Of a stretch of 64,000 nucleotides of DNA, positions 37,142 through 48,960 are shown piece after piece. Positions within the stretch are counted from its first letter, which is position 1, and the number at the start of each line of letters is the position of its first letter. Position numbers and translations under genes: made by a program. The stretch is from Folioceros fuciformis (lineage: Eukaryota): positions 76,274 to 140,273 of the forward strand of contig JBNGIO010005847.1 in assembly GCA_049999805.1 (NCBI GenBank), given 5' to 3'. The notes beneath the pieces are model-generated. The model did not search any database, had not been told where the DNA came from, and saw nothing but the letters and a program-made list of their open reading frames with translations.

Positions 37142-38373
37142 GTTTTTGGACCGCTCAGACCGCATTACAGCAATTTTTTCGACGGGGGTCCTGGTTACTG
37201 GCATCCTACGCTTGTCCCATGATCAGTTTGCTGAACTGGGGAAGGCAGTGGACTGTATACAACAGGTTAGTACCTACAGTTTTGTCCATACTTAGTTTTT
37301 ATACGTAGAGTAGGCATTGGATCAGGGCTTCGCTCTGCTGCTACTGCGTCATGCGCATTATAAGCTACGAGACAAGGGCCGTAGAATTTTTGCAAGCTGC
37401 AATGACTTGCATTTGTACAGGATGGACATGTCAGCAAATTTCCCTCAGCAAATGGTGTCTGTTGCAAGTGTAAGGAGTTGCTGGGGAGTTAGATCTCAGT
37501 GTTGGAGAATAGGCGGGTGCCTGAATGTCTCTCCAAGGTGCAGGATCCCCCTACCGTGCTGGGTGGATATACATACAGTATTGGTGTTGACGGTAGGCGT
37601 TTTTTCTACTCCTATGTGAAGTAAATCTAAGAGGAGACAACCGTGAGTTGTTACGTCTGCACGGTTGAATAATTTTTGAGAGCTAGGCCTGGCTAGCTGG
37701 GCAACGCGTCATGACAGATTATTATATTATATCTTTGCGTGATACAAATTGCACATGATGCAAACCTCTGAAATGAGAATGTGGGAAGGAGAAGGAATGT
37801 GACAGACACAGCAGGCGAGGGAGGAAGGAGACAGGACAGGATAATTTGAACGACCTTCTTTTATAGACGTCGAAAGAAAGTTGGTCACCTGTTAGCTGTA
37901 CAGTAACTGTTCGTGCGCTATTGAAATTTGAAACGAAGTTTTTCCAACTGAAACCGCCATTCTAAGAAAGCGTGCAATTTTGTACTCCCATTGGCTACAA
38001 TCTGCAAGCAGCTGCACAGTTTTGAAAGCCGACGGGAAGCCTTTGCCTCGCAATGTTTGCCTTGTTATGTTTGTATCAAACGAGACCCACCTACTACTTG
38101 CGTCTGGTGTCTTTCTCCAAATCGAGAGCAGCACAGCACATATCCTGATCTTGAGGGTGACCATACAAGAGTGTTGTTGTGGCAGCAGGATGACTGGATG
38201 ACTCATGAGTGGTTAGTAAGAGCTAACCCCTGCTAGCACATCAAAGAGAGGCAAAACAAGCAGGAAGGGCACTTGACACTGAAGTGCCCTTCTCCCATCT
38301 CTACTTCAGACCAGAATAAAATTAGATTGACCATGCCATCTCTCTGACATTGTTGAAGTAGTAGGCAGCATGA

Positions 38374-39303
38374 TCACATGGCCTTGAAACTCTCAAACCT
38401 CGGCTTGTCCAGGTCCTTGAAGTAGGGATGCTGCAGTGCAGCCTTGGCCGAAATCCTCTTGGCAGGGTCGTACTGCAGCATTTTGGAGAGCAGGTCGAGG
38501 CCTGCCACATCCAGATTGGGAAAGGACGTCTGCAGATTAGTGGGCCGCCACTGCGGAAACTCGTGCCAGTCACGGAACTTGGTCACCCCCGGCCAGATCT
38601 CTTCGCTGGGCGTGCCCAGCATCCGGAATATGTGCAGCAGCTGCTGCAGCTCCGAGTCCCCTGGGAACAGCGGGTGCCTGCACAGCAGCTCCGCGAAGAT
38701 GCAGCCCACAGACCAGATGTCGACAGGAGTGGAGTAGTGCGTAGCCCCGAGCAGCACCTCGGGAGCCCTGTACCACAGCGTCACAATCTCGTGCGTGTAG
38801 CTCTTGAGCGGCACAGTGAAAGCCCTCCCCAGCCCCAGGTCCGCGATCTTCAGATGTCCCTTCTCTTTGTCCACCAGCAAGTTCTGCGGCTTCAGGTCCC
38901 TGTGCATCACCCCGTGGCTGTGGCAGTGTGCCAGCCCCGTGCACAGCTGATACATGAAGCTCTTGAGCGTAGCCGGGGGCAGGCCCTTCTGCGCGGCTCC
39001 CCTCCCGTGCAGATCAATGTACTTCTTCAGGTCCGTGTCCATGTACTCGAACACCAGATACAGCACTGGCTTCCCGTTCTTGTCCACGTGCTCCACGCAA
39101 AGCAGCCTCACAATGTAGATGCTGTGAGACAGCATCTGCAGCAACGACACCTCGCGCAGCGCGGTGGACGGCACTCCCTCCTCCTCCATGTCCAGCCTCG
39201 TCTTCTTCAGCGCCACCAGCTGCCCAGTTCTCTTGTCCCGGGCCTTGTAAACCTTCCCGTACGTCCCCTCCCCGACCTTCTCCAGCTTCTCGTAATTCTC
39301 CAT
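38374..39303 (-). CDS. CDKB: B-type cyclin-dependent kinase, intronless
   Basis: [53 protein letters not shown] and [28 protein letters not shown]. The DLG motif is characteristic of CDKB. Confidence 0.97.
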   Translation of the reverse strand: MENYEKLEKVGEGTYGKVYKARDKRTGQLVALKKTRLDMEEEGVPSTALREVSLLQMLSHSIYIVRLLCVEHVDKNGKPVLYLVFEYMDTDLKKYIDLHGRGAAQKGLPPATLKSFMYQLCTGLAHCHSHGVMHRDLKPQNLLVDKEKGHLKIADLGLGRAFTVPLKSYTHEIVTLWYRAPEVLLGATHYSTPVDIWSVGCIFAELLCRHPLFPGDSELQQLLHIFRMLGTPSEEIWPGVTKFRDWHEFPQWRPTNLQTSFPNLDVAGLDLLSKMLQYDPAKRISAKAALQHPYFKDLDKPRFESFKAM

Positions 39304-39842
39304 CTCTCCCTCCTGCTTCCCTCACCCCCTCCTGTTCAAATTCCGCCAACCGAAGCCCCCCCAGCAGCAATCACAGCGCCACACCCGCAGCACACTAGCG
39401 GCATCGAGCAACCCAGCCACCCGCTCCCTCACACACCGAACCACAAAAACAAACCCGACCCACAAAAAATCCCTGCCCTATATTCACCTCTTCCCCTCTC
39501 CGGATCAAGAAAGGCAGCCAAACGGAGCCGATCCCAAGCACCAGGCTCTGTTCCTTCCCTCCACCACCACCACAGCAGCAGCAGATCAGAGTACCGACAA
39601 AGCGGAATGAAATGCAGAGGCCACCGAGCAGACCAAGGAGCAGAAGAAGAACACGAGCAAGCAGAGCACCGGAGCGCAGAATGCAACGAGCAGATCAGGC
39701 AATGGCATTTGGGCCACGGAATACCTTCATCTTGTTGCCGCAAAATGTGAGAATGGCGGAAAGACGGAAAGAAAGCAAGCCTTGTGTTCAGTGTCAGATT
39801 TTGAACTGGGATGGGGAACCTCCAGGCCGTGCGACCTTTCGT

Positions 39843-40061
39843 CCGTTGAGGCAACGGTAAATTTGGGAACGGCCGCCCAACGGTAATGCCGGGGGAGGCA
39901 GACGTGCCAGTTCCGGACCGGTCGCTGGGTGTTCCGTTGGGTGGACGAAAACCCTGACGGACTTACGGTCGGAGAACGCGACCGCGTCCAGCAAGGGGAA
40001 TTATGGACAGAAGCGTCCATCCGGTGGACGGTTCCGGGGCGACGGGAGCATGGATCCGTTG
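39843..40061. promoter_or_regulatory. Cluster of MSA (M-phase-specific activator, AACGG) elements
   Basis: CCGTTG 39843, CAACGG 39852, AACGG 39868, CAACGG 39878, CCGTTG 39934 and CCGTTG 40056, all upstream of CDKB. TTTGAA near 39799. Confidence 0.7.
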
Positions 40062-40817
40062 GCTCGGCTTATCTCCTGCGGGCGGTGCTGTGCTGTTGCC
40101 AGGACCAAGGCCGCCTGGTCTCGGATTTTGCGGTGTCGTTGCCCAATCCGTGGGCTGGAAACATGTCCAAGGCTCGAGTGCTGTCCCGGCGGTGAACTGT
40201 GTGTGGGCAATTTGCTGGACCGTGCGGAGGAATTGAGGTTCCTCTCGCAGATCCCGGTGCATCTTGTGGTTGGATGAATTCACGATCGGTACTGCTGTTC
40301 CGGATCCTTTGCCGAGTGCCTGTGGCTGCGTGTGTTTGCTCGGAATCTTGGGGGATTGTGGAGTGGAGGTGAGGATTCCGCGACTCGAATGCATTTGGTG
40401 TTGGCTGAATTCCGGATCTGTGTCCGGTTCCGGTGCATTTTCCGACGCAAGTGTGTGTTGTGGATTGGACTAGGTGAGGTGGTTGCATCTTACTCTGCCT
40501 CGAATTTCTTGTACAATTGTCATTCGATTGTGGAAGACAGCGATGAAGAAACTGATGGAAGGATTGCTTGGCAGGGGACCGGAGGGAGGGAGGGAGATGA
40601 TGAATGCTACCTCGTTGGACAAGTGACGCTGTGGTTTGGAATTAGATTTGTGGCGGTGACAGGTGAGATTGCCTGCCTTCGGGACAGGCGATGTGGTGCC
40701 TGTCTGGTCAGTGAGCCAGGTTGTGATTGATGCTATGTCTTTCCTAATGCAGGCGTAATTCATGCCGTCTGTTAGATTTGACTTCTTTCTGCACATCTGC
40801 GGTGGGGTTGGCTTCGC

Positions 40818-42780
40818 ATGGGAGTACAGACCTTGAAAGATTTTCGAGCTCCCGGTTCCTGTTGCTTAAAAGGCATGGCTGCTGCTGGAGGAGCTTTCTT
40901 CTCCTGTCCTTCGACGGCGTCCATGCGGAAACAGGAAATGAGTCAAGTTTGGTTCGGCAAGGGTAATGGTTGGGATGCTTGTGTCCCCTCTGGTGCTGTC
41001 CCCGCACAGCATCTAGAGAGAAAAGCTACGAACAGCTTGCTAGGCTGTAGGAGAACGGCATTAGCAGGTGAGTCGAGCTTAAGCCTTTTCTTAGCAGGGC
41101 AAAGGGTCAGCAGGTCGTCGGGCCTGGAGGGAATTGCTGTTCGAAGGGAGACATGCATGAGGCTGCCGGAACAGAGACATGTAGGGAAACAAACTGGAGG
41201 AACAAGGGCATTCCCCTCAGAAAGTAGCACGTCAGTCTCCCGGACGGCTCGGGGGATAGAGAGTTTGCTAGGAAAATGCTCAGGGAAGGAAAAGCAGAGG
41301 AGGAGGATCGTTGATCCGATGAGCTGCTTTCGCAAGCCTTCCGTAGAACACAGAGGAAACCATCTCTCAAATTGCAGCAGGCTAGGCGCCTACAACAGAT
41401 CTGGACTCAGCATGGTTGCAGGTAAAGACTCTTTGCGGCCAATTCTTTCAGGTGCGCAAATCGGAAGATCCTCGCAGGACAGTAGGAAAGCCCGCAGGTG
41501 GCTTCGAAAGTGTTCCCAGAGTGCCAGGGCTTCGCAGCAATATAACTCCTCTAATGAGGCCTGCCCTTTAGGCCAACCAACAAAGGGCAAGGGGTCGCAG
41601 AATTTGGCGAAGAGCAGGGCCTGGACTGCATGGAAGCAGACCCTGTCCTCCCAACCAGTTGAGGTTCGGTTGGCAGAAAATGCTAGTGCGAAAGTTGATA
41701 AGAATACGTGCAGTTTTACGTGGCATTGTGTTCCTCCTGAAATCTCAGAGAAATGCGGTTCGTCAAAAATTGTGTGTCAAGAACAGCAGACGAGACAAGG
41801 AGGGGTAAGCTTTCCATCGCTTGTTCTTGCGCCCTTCGGATCCTTGTTCTTGCCCCCTTCAGGTCTACAAGTGTACTTGAATGCAATAACCACATCGCTG
41901 TTGCAGGCGAAAGGTGGTCCTCAAGAGACGGGCGCCTCTGCCACCAAACCAGAGTATCCCCCAGCAACCGAACGGGAATCAGGCAGTAGGCTTTCCCAGC
42001 GAGACCTTGCGCTTGGAGCAATTTCCCGAGCATTATCTCCCAAACTCCAGCCTAGCAAGAATGGACAAGGGGAACTGGCTCTGCGAATGGCGGAATTCGT
42101 AGCGGCTATAAAGGATACTGCTCAGACTAACGAAATCAAAAATTGTGAGAGCAAGGCCCTGGGATGCCTATCAGCCATGGTGGATGCGGCTAAAGTTGCG
42201 CAGGTGGACCTCGANNNNNNNNNNNNNNNNNNNNNNNNNNNNNNNNNNNNNNNNNNNNNNNNNNNNNNNNNNNNNNNNNNNNNNNNNNNNNNNNNNNNNN
42301 NNNNNNNNNNNNNNTTGTGTCAAAACCTTGTTCCACACTGAAACACAGAGGTTCTTAGAAGAATTGGAGGAACAGCTTCATGCTCAAGATCGTTCTGACT
42401 TCATGGCACATGTGTCAGGGAAGATTTTTCCAAATTCCGCTTCCTCGAGTTTCGCTTCCAACAACCATGTCTTGAATGGCAAAGAGAGTAGATTGGATGA
42501 CATCCTGAAGGCAACGTCACAACTGGAGAGAACAGTGTCTGGAATACCCAAGTGTGAAGACATACAGAAACTGACATCAAGGCGGACATACTCTCTGGAA
42601 AACCTCTTAAAGCGGGAAGAGAACGCAAAAGCAGCTGTGAAGCAGTATCGGGATGCGCTATCAAGAGGAGAGGTGGCTTGGTTTAAAAACCTTCAGAAGG
42701 TGAACTCGCGGTTGGAGTCGGTTACGGGCGTAGTTCTTCCTCTCGAAGACAAAATCCGTACCCCGAGTGCACCTACGTGA
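40818..42780 (+). CDS. Uncharacterised protein; low-complexity Ser/Arg N-terminus and helical C-terminal domain (interrupted by a 100-N gap)
   Basis: About 465 open codons before the gap at 42215-42314 and about 155 open codons after it. Heptad-like C-terminus (FLEELEEQLH...LENLLKREENAKAAVKQY). No confident family assignment. Confidence 0.6.
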
Positions 42781-43166
42781 CCTGAAAGTGTGGTTGTTGT
42801 GTGCGTGGAACATCTACGTTCACTTGTATGTAGGTGGTGTCTGGTACTGTCTACTACCTATAGGATTGTTACTTAGAAAATGTACAGATAGACGTAACGG
42901 CTGGGCTACTTCCGTGAATGTATAGTAACTAGTGTGCCAAGAGTGACTAAAGCCATGGAATGGCAAGTTCGACACTGTTAGCCTGCCACAACTGATCACT
43001 CTACAAGGTAATGGATGTGCACCCCAAATGAATACCAGCGGATAGGCACACCACCAGGCAAGCGAAACCGTCTCATCACAGTCGTTAAGTGAAAAAGTAG
43101 CTGAGTGTGCATTCAAGCTCTGCCTGATGGAGGGTTTATCCAAAACTAAATCTAGCCTTCAGCCTT

Positions 43167-44502
43167 TCAAGCTGAGGCATGACTGATTGATATGGTGAAA
43201 AATTTCAGCTTAAGAACGAGTGCTAATACTAGCTGGATAGTAGCAGATCCAGCCACAATCAAAAACCACTTGTCACTGGCAGTCTTGATGAAAGATCGAA
43301 GGTTCAGAGCCAGAAACAGAGAAGATGTCAGCCCTGCGACTGCAACAACTCCCCATCTGAAATAATCCTGGGGTATAATTGATAGGAACTGCACATCAGC
43401 ACAAGTACTTAATGAGATATGTACACTCTGCTTGGAAAACATGTGCCTTATTGAAGGGGGCAAACATACCAGAGTTGGAATGAAGATGAAGAGTGAATAG
43501 CCATATAAGCACCACAGCTGAATAAGGCTGGATGCCACACCCAAATATCTCAGCAAAAAGTGAAGCGCTACCGGAACCACTCCAACATATCCATAATAAA
43601 GAGCTGCTGACTCACTAACACTTTTGATATTATACTGCCAATGAGTGGAGCCATCAGGCCCAGTCTTAGTAGCCAGATAGGCTGCAAGATTTCCCAGAGC
43701 CGCTGTGACAAATATGAGAGTGGTACATATCCAAAAAGGTCCATACCTGAGGCAAATGCACAATATCGAACACGAATGAAAATGTCAGAGGTGACGACCA
43801 AAGTGAGAAATATCAGCCTCGAAGGCGAAAGAAACTGAGGCATCAGTTGCAAGCTCACATATCAGGATTTGGGCTGGTTTTCTCCACAAAGTCCCCTCGG
43901 AAAGGAATTACAGAGTCACGAATTCTTGACAACACATCTACAGTATCAACGTTGAAGTATGGCCTGTAGGACACAGGACTGAACCAACCCTGCCAGTTAG
44001 AATCCTGTTGAGAGGCCGAGGCCTGCTGACCTGGGCCGGGCTTGGAAAACGTATCTGCACACAAACAGTCGGTCTGCATGAATTCTGCATTTCCAGCACC
44101 TGTGTCTTTCACAAGGAATACGACACCGTTTACATACCATCTGCATCGGACGGCGGCTTCACTGAACCCGTAACTTTGCCTCTGCTTTCACTTGGAGGGA
44201 ATGTTTGCAAATTTGATTCTGCACATCCAGCAAATTGCATGAGATCACATACTCGTAGAAGTAGGAATCACGAGGACCGTCATGGATGTCACCAGGTGTG
44301 ACCCTACTAACCTTGAAATTGCAGGACAACGTGGTCTGGCCCCCCGGCTCCCTATGTGGATCACATTGAACACGGTAAGCCGCACAGGGACACTGTCAAA
44401 TTAAAGCGTTACACAGACCTACAACCATGCCGTCGTTTCTTCAATAGAGACCTCACGCACCGTAGGAGGCGCGGATCCGAGGCTGGTGTAGCCGGTTGAC
44501 AT
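43167..44502 (-). CDS. Yip1-domain protein (YIPF1/2-like), multi-exon
   Basis: MSTGYTSLG, SNLQTFPP, YRPYFNVDTVDVLSRIRDS, NPD/YGPFWICTTLIF and WCLYGYSLFIFIP, with TM helices. Confidence 0.92.
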
Positions 44503-46852
44503 CTTCTGACCCTACTTGCTCCGATCTCCACCAAAGATTACTGAAATCTCTGTTCAGCAGCGCTTCCGTTCACCAGGCTCCCATTGCAGGTCTGCCTCCT
44601 CCACTGAGGGAGCAAGTAAAACGTACGTCACTAAAGTTGGCAGAGACACGTACGCTGAAGGAGTATTTTATATATTTTACACTGATAATAACCGATATTC
44701 AAGAAACCCTTTCTAAGAAACTTGACAATCATACGAATGCAAGAAGAACGGGCCTGAAAAGGGCTCATCTAGACGATATTGAGGAACCAATATCAACATA
44801 CGCTATCAGTTTAAGGGTACTTTGAATGAAGAAAAAGGTGAAAATATAACATAAGATCTATTTTTTAATTATTTGTATGTAATCATTACTATTTAATAAC
44901 GATTCAATTATATGTAAATATATGAACTTGCATGATACGGTGTAATTTTTGTTCTTTTTTTCTGGATGGAGTGGTTGGTTATTACTCTAATCTTGTGGAG
45001 AGATCCCTTGTAAAGAGATCCCCACTTCAACCTAAGCTCAAACGCAAGATCATGACACAACTTGCACCCATCGCCGTCTCTCTGTGTGGTTTGAATGATA
45101 TAATTCAGTGATACCATAATCCCACGCATTTGAACTCTCTGGTTCAAAGTTGATTGGTATTTCGTCAGGCTAGGAAGTAAGAAAGTCACTAACACGAGAT
45201 GAGAAAGTCACCGTCATAATAAGTACACAAGCAACATTGATACTCCATTGATAATGTCTTTGGGTCACGCCGAGTATGGACAGCCGTGGATAGCACAAAC
45301 CATCTGGATGATTAATTGCCCACAGTCCACAGCATATCAATGTCCCCTAGCAAAGGAGACGCGCTTCGGCCACTGCAGCACCCCAGTCTGAACCCATGGA
45401 CTGACCACCTCATCCACAGCCTATGCAAACTTGTGAAGGCTAGCAAAAAGGAAACATTCCATGCATTGCTGCTGTTGTCAGGGAAAAACTAGTGTCGAAA
45501 TGACATGCAAATGTTCTCACGAAGACGAACAAAGCAAGTTGGTGTACATCGAAGGCTCACCACTCTGTCCAGAAGCGTTCACGGGCATCAGCAAGTGAGA
45601 GGGTCCACTGTACTGAGTGATGGCCTGAGCCCTCAATCTGATGGATGGGAAGGGGTGCGCAAACCGACCAACTTCACCAGGCTGAGAAGCACAACTGCTC
45701 CAGTTTGTACAGACAGTTGCATTTATGTTCCATTTCCAGGATGTCGAAGGCCAACATAATTTCCAAATTTGGGATCTTGCTAAACGAGCCCTGCGGATTC
45801 GAGCAGAGTTTATTGACTTTCGTGTGTATCTTCCGTGCTCCGCTTCAATACCTTCTAAGTTCTCTTGAAATCCCAGTTGAGGCCTGTGCCAGAAATATGT
45901 AATCCCTTCAAAAAGTCCAGAACGGGCTCTTTGAAAGGTTTCCGCGAGATGAAAACAGGTCTGGAAAGGGACGACCTGGTCACCTCCATCTTGGTCTTGC
46001 CCATCTTCTTGACCACCTAACCTAGCTAATTTAGCCTTTCAATCTTTTTCCTCTTCTTCCCATTTGCCACCGGAACGTGCAGTCACCACACTCCGTGCAT
46101 GAACTTAGCTGAGTCTCCGTACCTGCAGTAACCAGTTTCCTTGTGATCTGTGCAAATATGAATCTGCTAGCAAAACTATCCGTGACGTCGTCCAAATCTG
46201 GTACGAAACGAAGATCTGAGAGGACTATGAGCAACCCCATAATCCCCCAGAAAAGATTTCGCTGTCTGAGGAGGCCTGCCCTTTCAATCCCTCATTCGCC
46301 CGCTTTAGCATCCTTGTCGAACTCGGTTTCCGTCTCATGCGTTGCGGTGACTTGCGTCTCTCATTCTACGCTGGTTACCAACCATCACAGCAGACTTGCC
46401 AACTCCAGCTACACCGTCAGCCTAGTCACCAATTTGATTCCTCAGATTTATGTCGGGCACCATCTTCCTGAAGGATATGCAAGCTGGCACCAACAGTGGA
46501 AAGACAATCCGAAGACATAGCGGGTGTACTCGCAGCAAATCGCTGTCGCCGTGAACACATAAGCTCTGGGGCCACTACGGTTAATTGCAGCTGGACCTGC
46601 TCCTCCATTCTTGCTTCTGGCTCACGCAACCTGCCAGCTAGGCATTCAGGGTCCTGGCGGCAGTCATGGTTGGTAACGGTCAGTTTCAGTCCAAATCGCC
46701 TGCATCCCGCTCTTTCCATTCGGTGCTCTTGCGATCCTCGAATCCCCCCGACCTTGCCCCGGAAAAAGAAGATATCTCGATAGGTCTGGGGATGACACGA
46801 TGAGACATACACATACAAATAACCGAACGATACCAAAGTCTTTTAATTAGAC

Positions 46853-46871
46853 TAGGGTTTTATTTTCCCGC
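46853..46871 (+). promoter_or_regulatory. Telo-box plus E2F-like site upstream of eIF4A-III
   Basis: TAGGGTTT at 46853-46860 and TTTCCCGC at 46864-46871, about 35-50 bp before the ATG. Confidence 0.5.
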
Positions 46872-46903
46872 CAGGAGCGTTGTGCTGTAGAGCGCGTGTG
46901 GAG

Positions 46904-48960
46904 ATGGCGGCTGCGGGGGGCAGGAATCGCAACGCTAACAGGATTGCAGTGGAGGATGAGGATGAGACCATGGTGTTCGAGACCAGCTCGGGTGTGGAGG
47001 TGATATCCAGCTTCGATCAGATGGGGATTAAGGAAGAGCTGCTTCGAGGCATATATGCCTACGGGTTTGAGAAGCCTTCTGCTATTCAGCAACGGGCTGT
47101 AATTCCCATTATCCAGGGCAGGGATGCCATTGCGCAGGCGCAGTCTGGGACGGGGAAGACGTCTATGATTGCGCTGGCAGTTTGTCAAATGATCGAGACG
47201 ACCACACGAGAGTGAGTTTGAAGGAGACTTCTTACAGCTTCTGTGTTTGTTTGTGTGGGTCTTTCTCTACGTGTCTGCCATGACGAGCGTGAGTTATGAG
47301 CCCGTCGTCTTGAACAATCGGGATGATGCACGTGTGTTTATTTGTGTAGGGTTCAGGCTCTTATCTTATCTCCAACTAGGGAGCTTGCTGCTCAAACGGA
47401 GAAGGTGATTCTTGCCATTGGTGATTACATCAATGTTCAGGCTCATGCTTGCATCGGTGGTAAAAGCATTGGAGAGGACATTCGGAAGCTGGAGTACGGC
47501 GTGCACGTGGTTTCAGGAACTCCTGGAAGGGTTTATGACATGATCAAGAGGAGAACTCTTAGAACCAGAGCCATCAAGCTGCTTATCCTGGTGAGAGTTT
47601 CTCACTGCTGGCATGTATGGACTTCAGGACTCGAGCTCTTTTGTGATCCTGGTTCAAACTTTTTCAGATGCTGTTTGTCACTCGCAGGATGAATCCGATG
47701 AAATGCTGAGTAGGGGTTTTAAGGATCAAATTTACGATGTGTACCGTTACCTGCCTCCCGATCTACAGGTCTGTACTAACCGCAAGCGGATCCTTCGTGC
47801 TGTTGGTTTTGTTCCTGGCTACTTGAATCTCAAGTCTCAGGGTTTTTAATGTGTGTGTGTGTTCAGGTGGTGCTGGTGTCTGCTACACTACCACATGAAA
47901 TTTTGGAGATGACGAATAAGTTCATGACTGATCCAGTACGCATCCTCGTGAAGCGTGATGAGTTGACGCTTGAGGTTTGATCCACATGACCTCTTTTATC
48001 CTCGTGCGTCATTGTGTGGGCGGACCTAGAAATTCTTCATGATGCCCTTCTTTTTTCTGTACTTTTCTGAGAAATGCACATGAAATTAGGTTTTTCACTT
48101 ATGGCTGAATTGTATCCTTGGCAGGGTATCAAGCAGTTCTTTGTAGCTGTTGAGCGTGAGGAATGGAAATTTGACACGTTGTGTGATCTGTATGACACTC
48201 TCACCATCACACAAGCCGTTATTTTCTGCAACACGAAAAGAAAGGTTATTTGTTCTTTGGGATCTGCTTTGCCTGTTTTCTGCTTGTAGCCTAGCATAAT
48301 TTATGCGTGCACATTACTAAATTTCATCTCGTGTTTGTCAGGTTGATTGGTTGACAGAGAAGATGAGGAGCAACAACTTCACTGTATCTTCCATGCATGG
48401 GGACATGCCACAGAAAGAGCGGGATGCTATCATGGCTGAATTTCGTTCAGGCACAACCCGTGTACTGATCACAACAGATGTTTGGGCTCGTGGCCTTGAT
48501 GTGCAGCAGGTGAGAAGTGATTTTACTCACCTCCGTGTCCTATCGAAATAGGCACTGGCAGTTTGGGGTTGCCTTACCTCGACTGGATTTTGCTACGAGA
48601 GTCTGACTTGCTTGTTGCGAAACTAGGTCTCACTTGTGATCAACTATGACCTGCCTAATAATCGTGAGCTTTATATTCACCGTATCGGAAGATCAGGCCG
48701 TTTTGGTCGCAAGGTGAAATACCCCGTTTTGTTGCTGCCGTCTGGTCTTCGTTGCTGCTGTGTGGGTTGATTAGAAGGAGCAGCCTTGTGCTTTGTGACA
48801 ATTTGCTTTCAGGAGAGCTTAACGCCAGCGTTGACGGTGGGTGTAGGGTGTGGCCATTAATTTCGTAAGGAGTGACGACATAAGGATTCTCCGCGATATT
48901 GAGCAGTATTACAGTACTCAAATAGATGAGATGCCCATGAATGTTGCCGACCTCATCTAG
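46904..48960 (+). CDS. EIF4A3: DEAD-box RNA helicase eIF4A-III (exon junction complex core), multi-exon
   Basis: [77 protein letters not shown] and MPMNVADLI*. Confidence 0.97.

Noticed and set aside
38428..39750. 440-aa antisense ORF over CDKB
   Set aside because: A shadow ORF caused by strong GC3 codon bias. Its His/Gln/Leu-rich composition has no recognisable motifs.
42215..42314. Apparent frameshift in the unknown gene
   Set aside because: It coincides with a 100-N placeholder gap of unknown true length, so it is not evidence of pseudogenisation.
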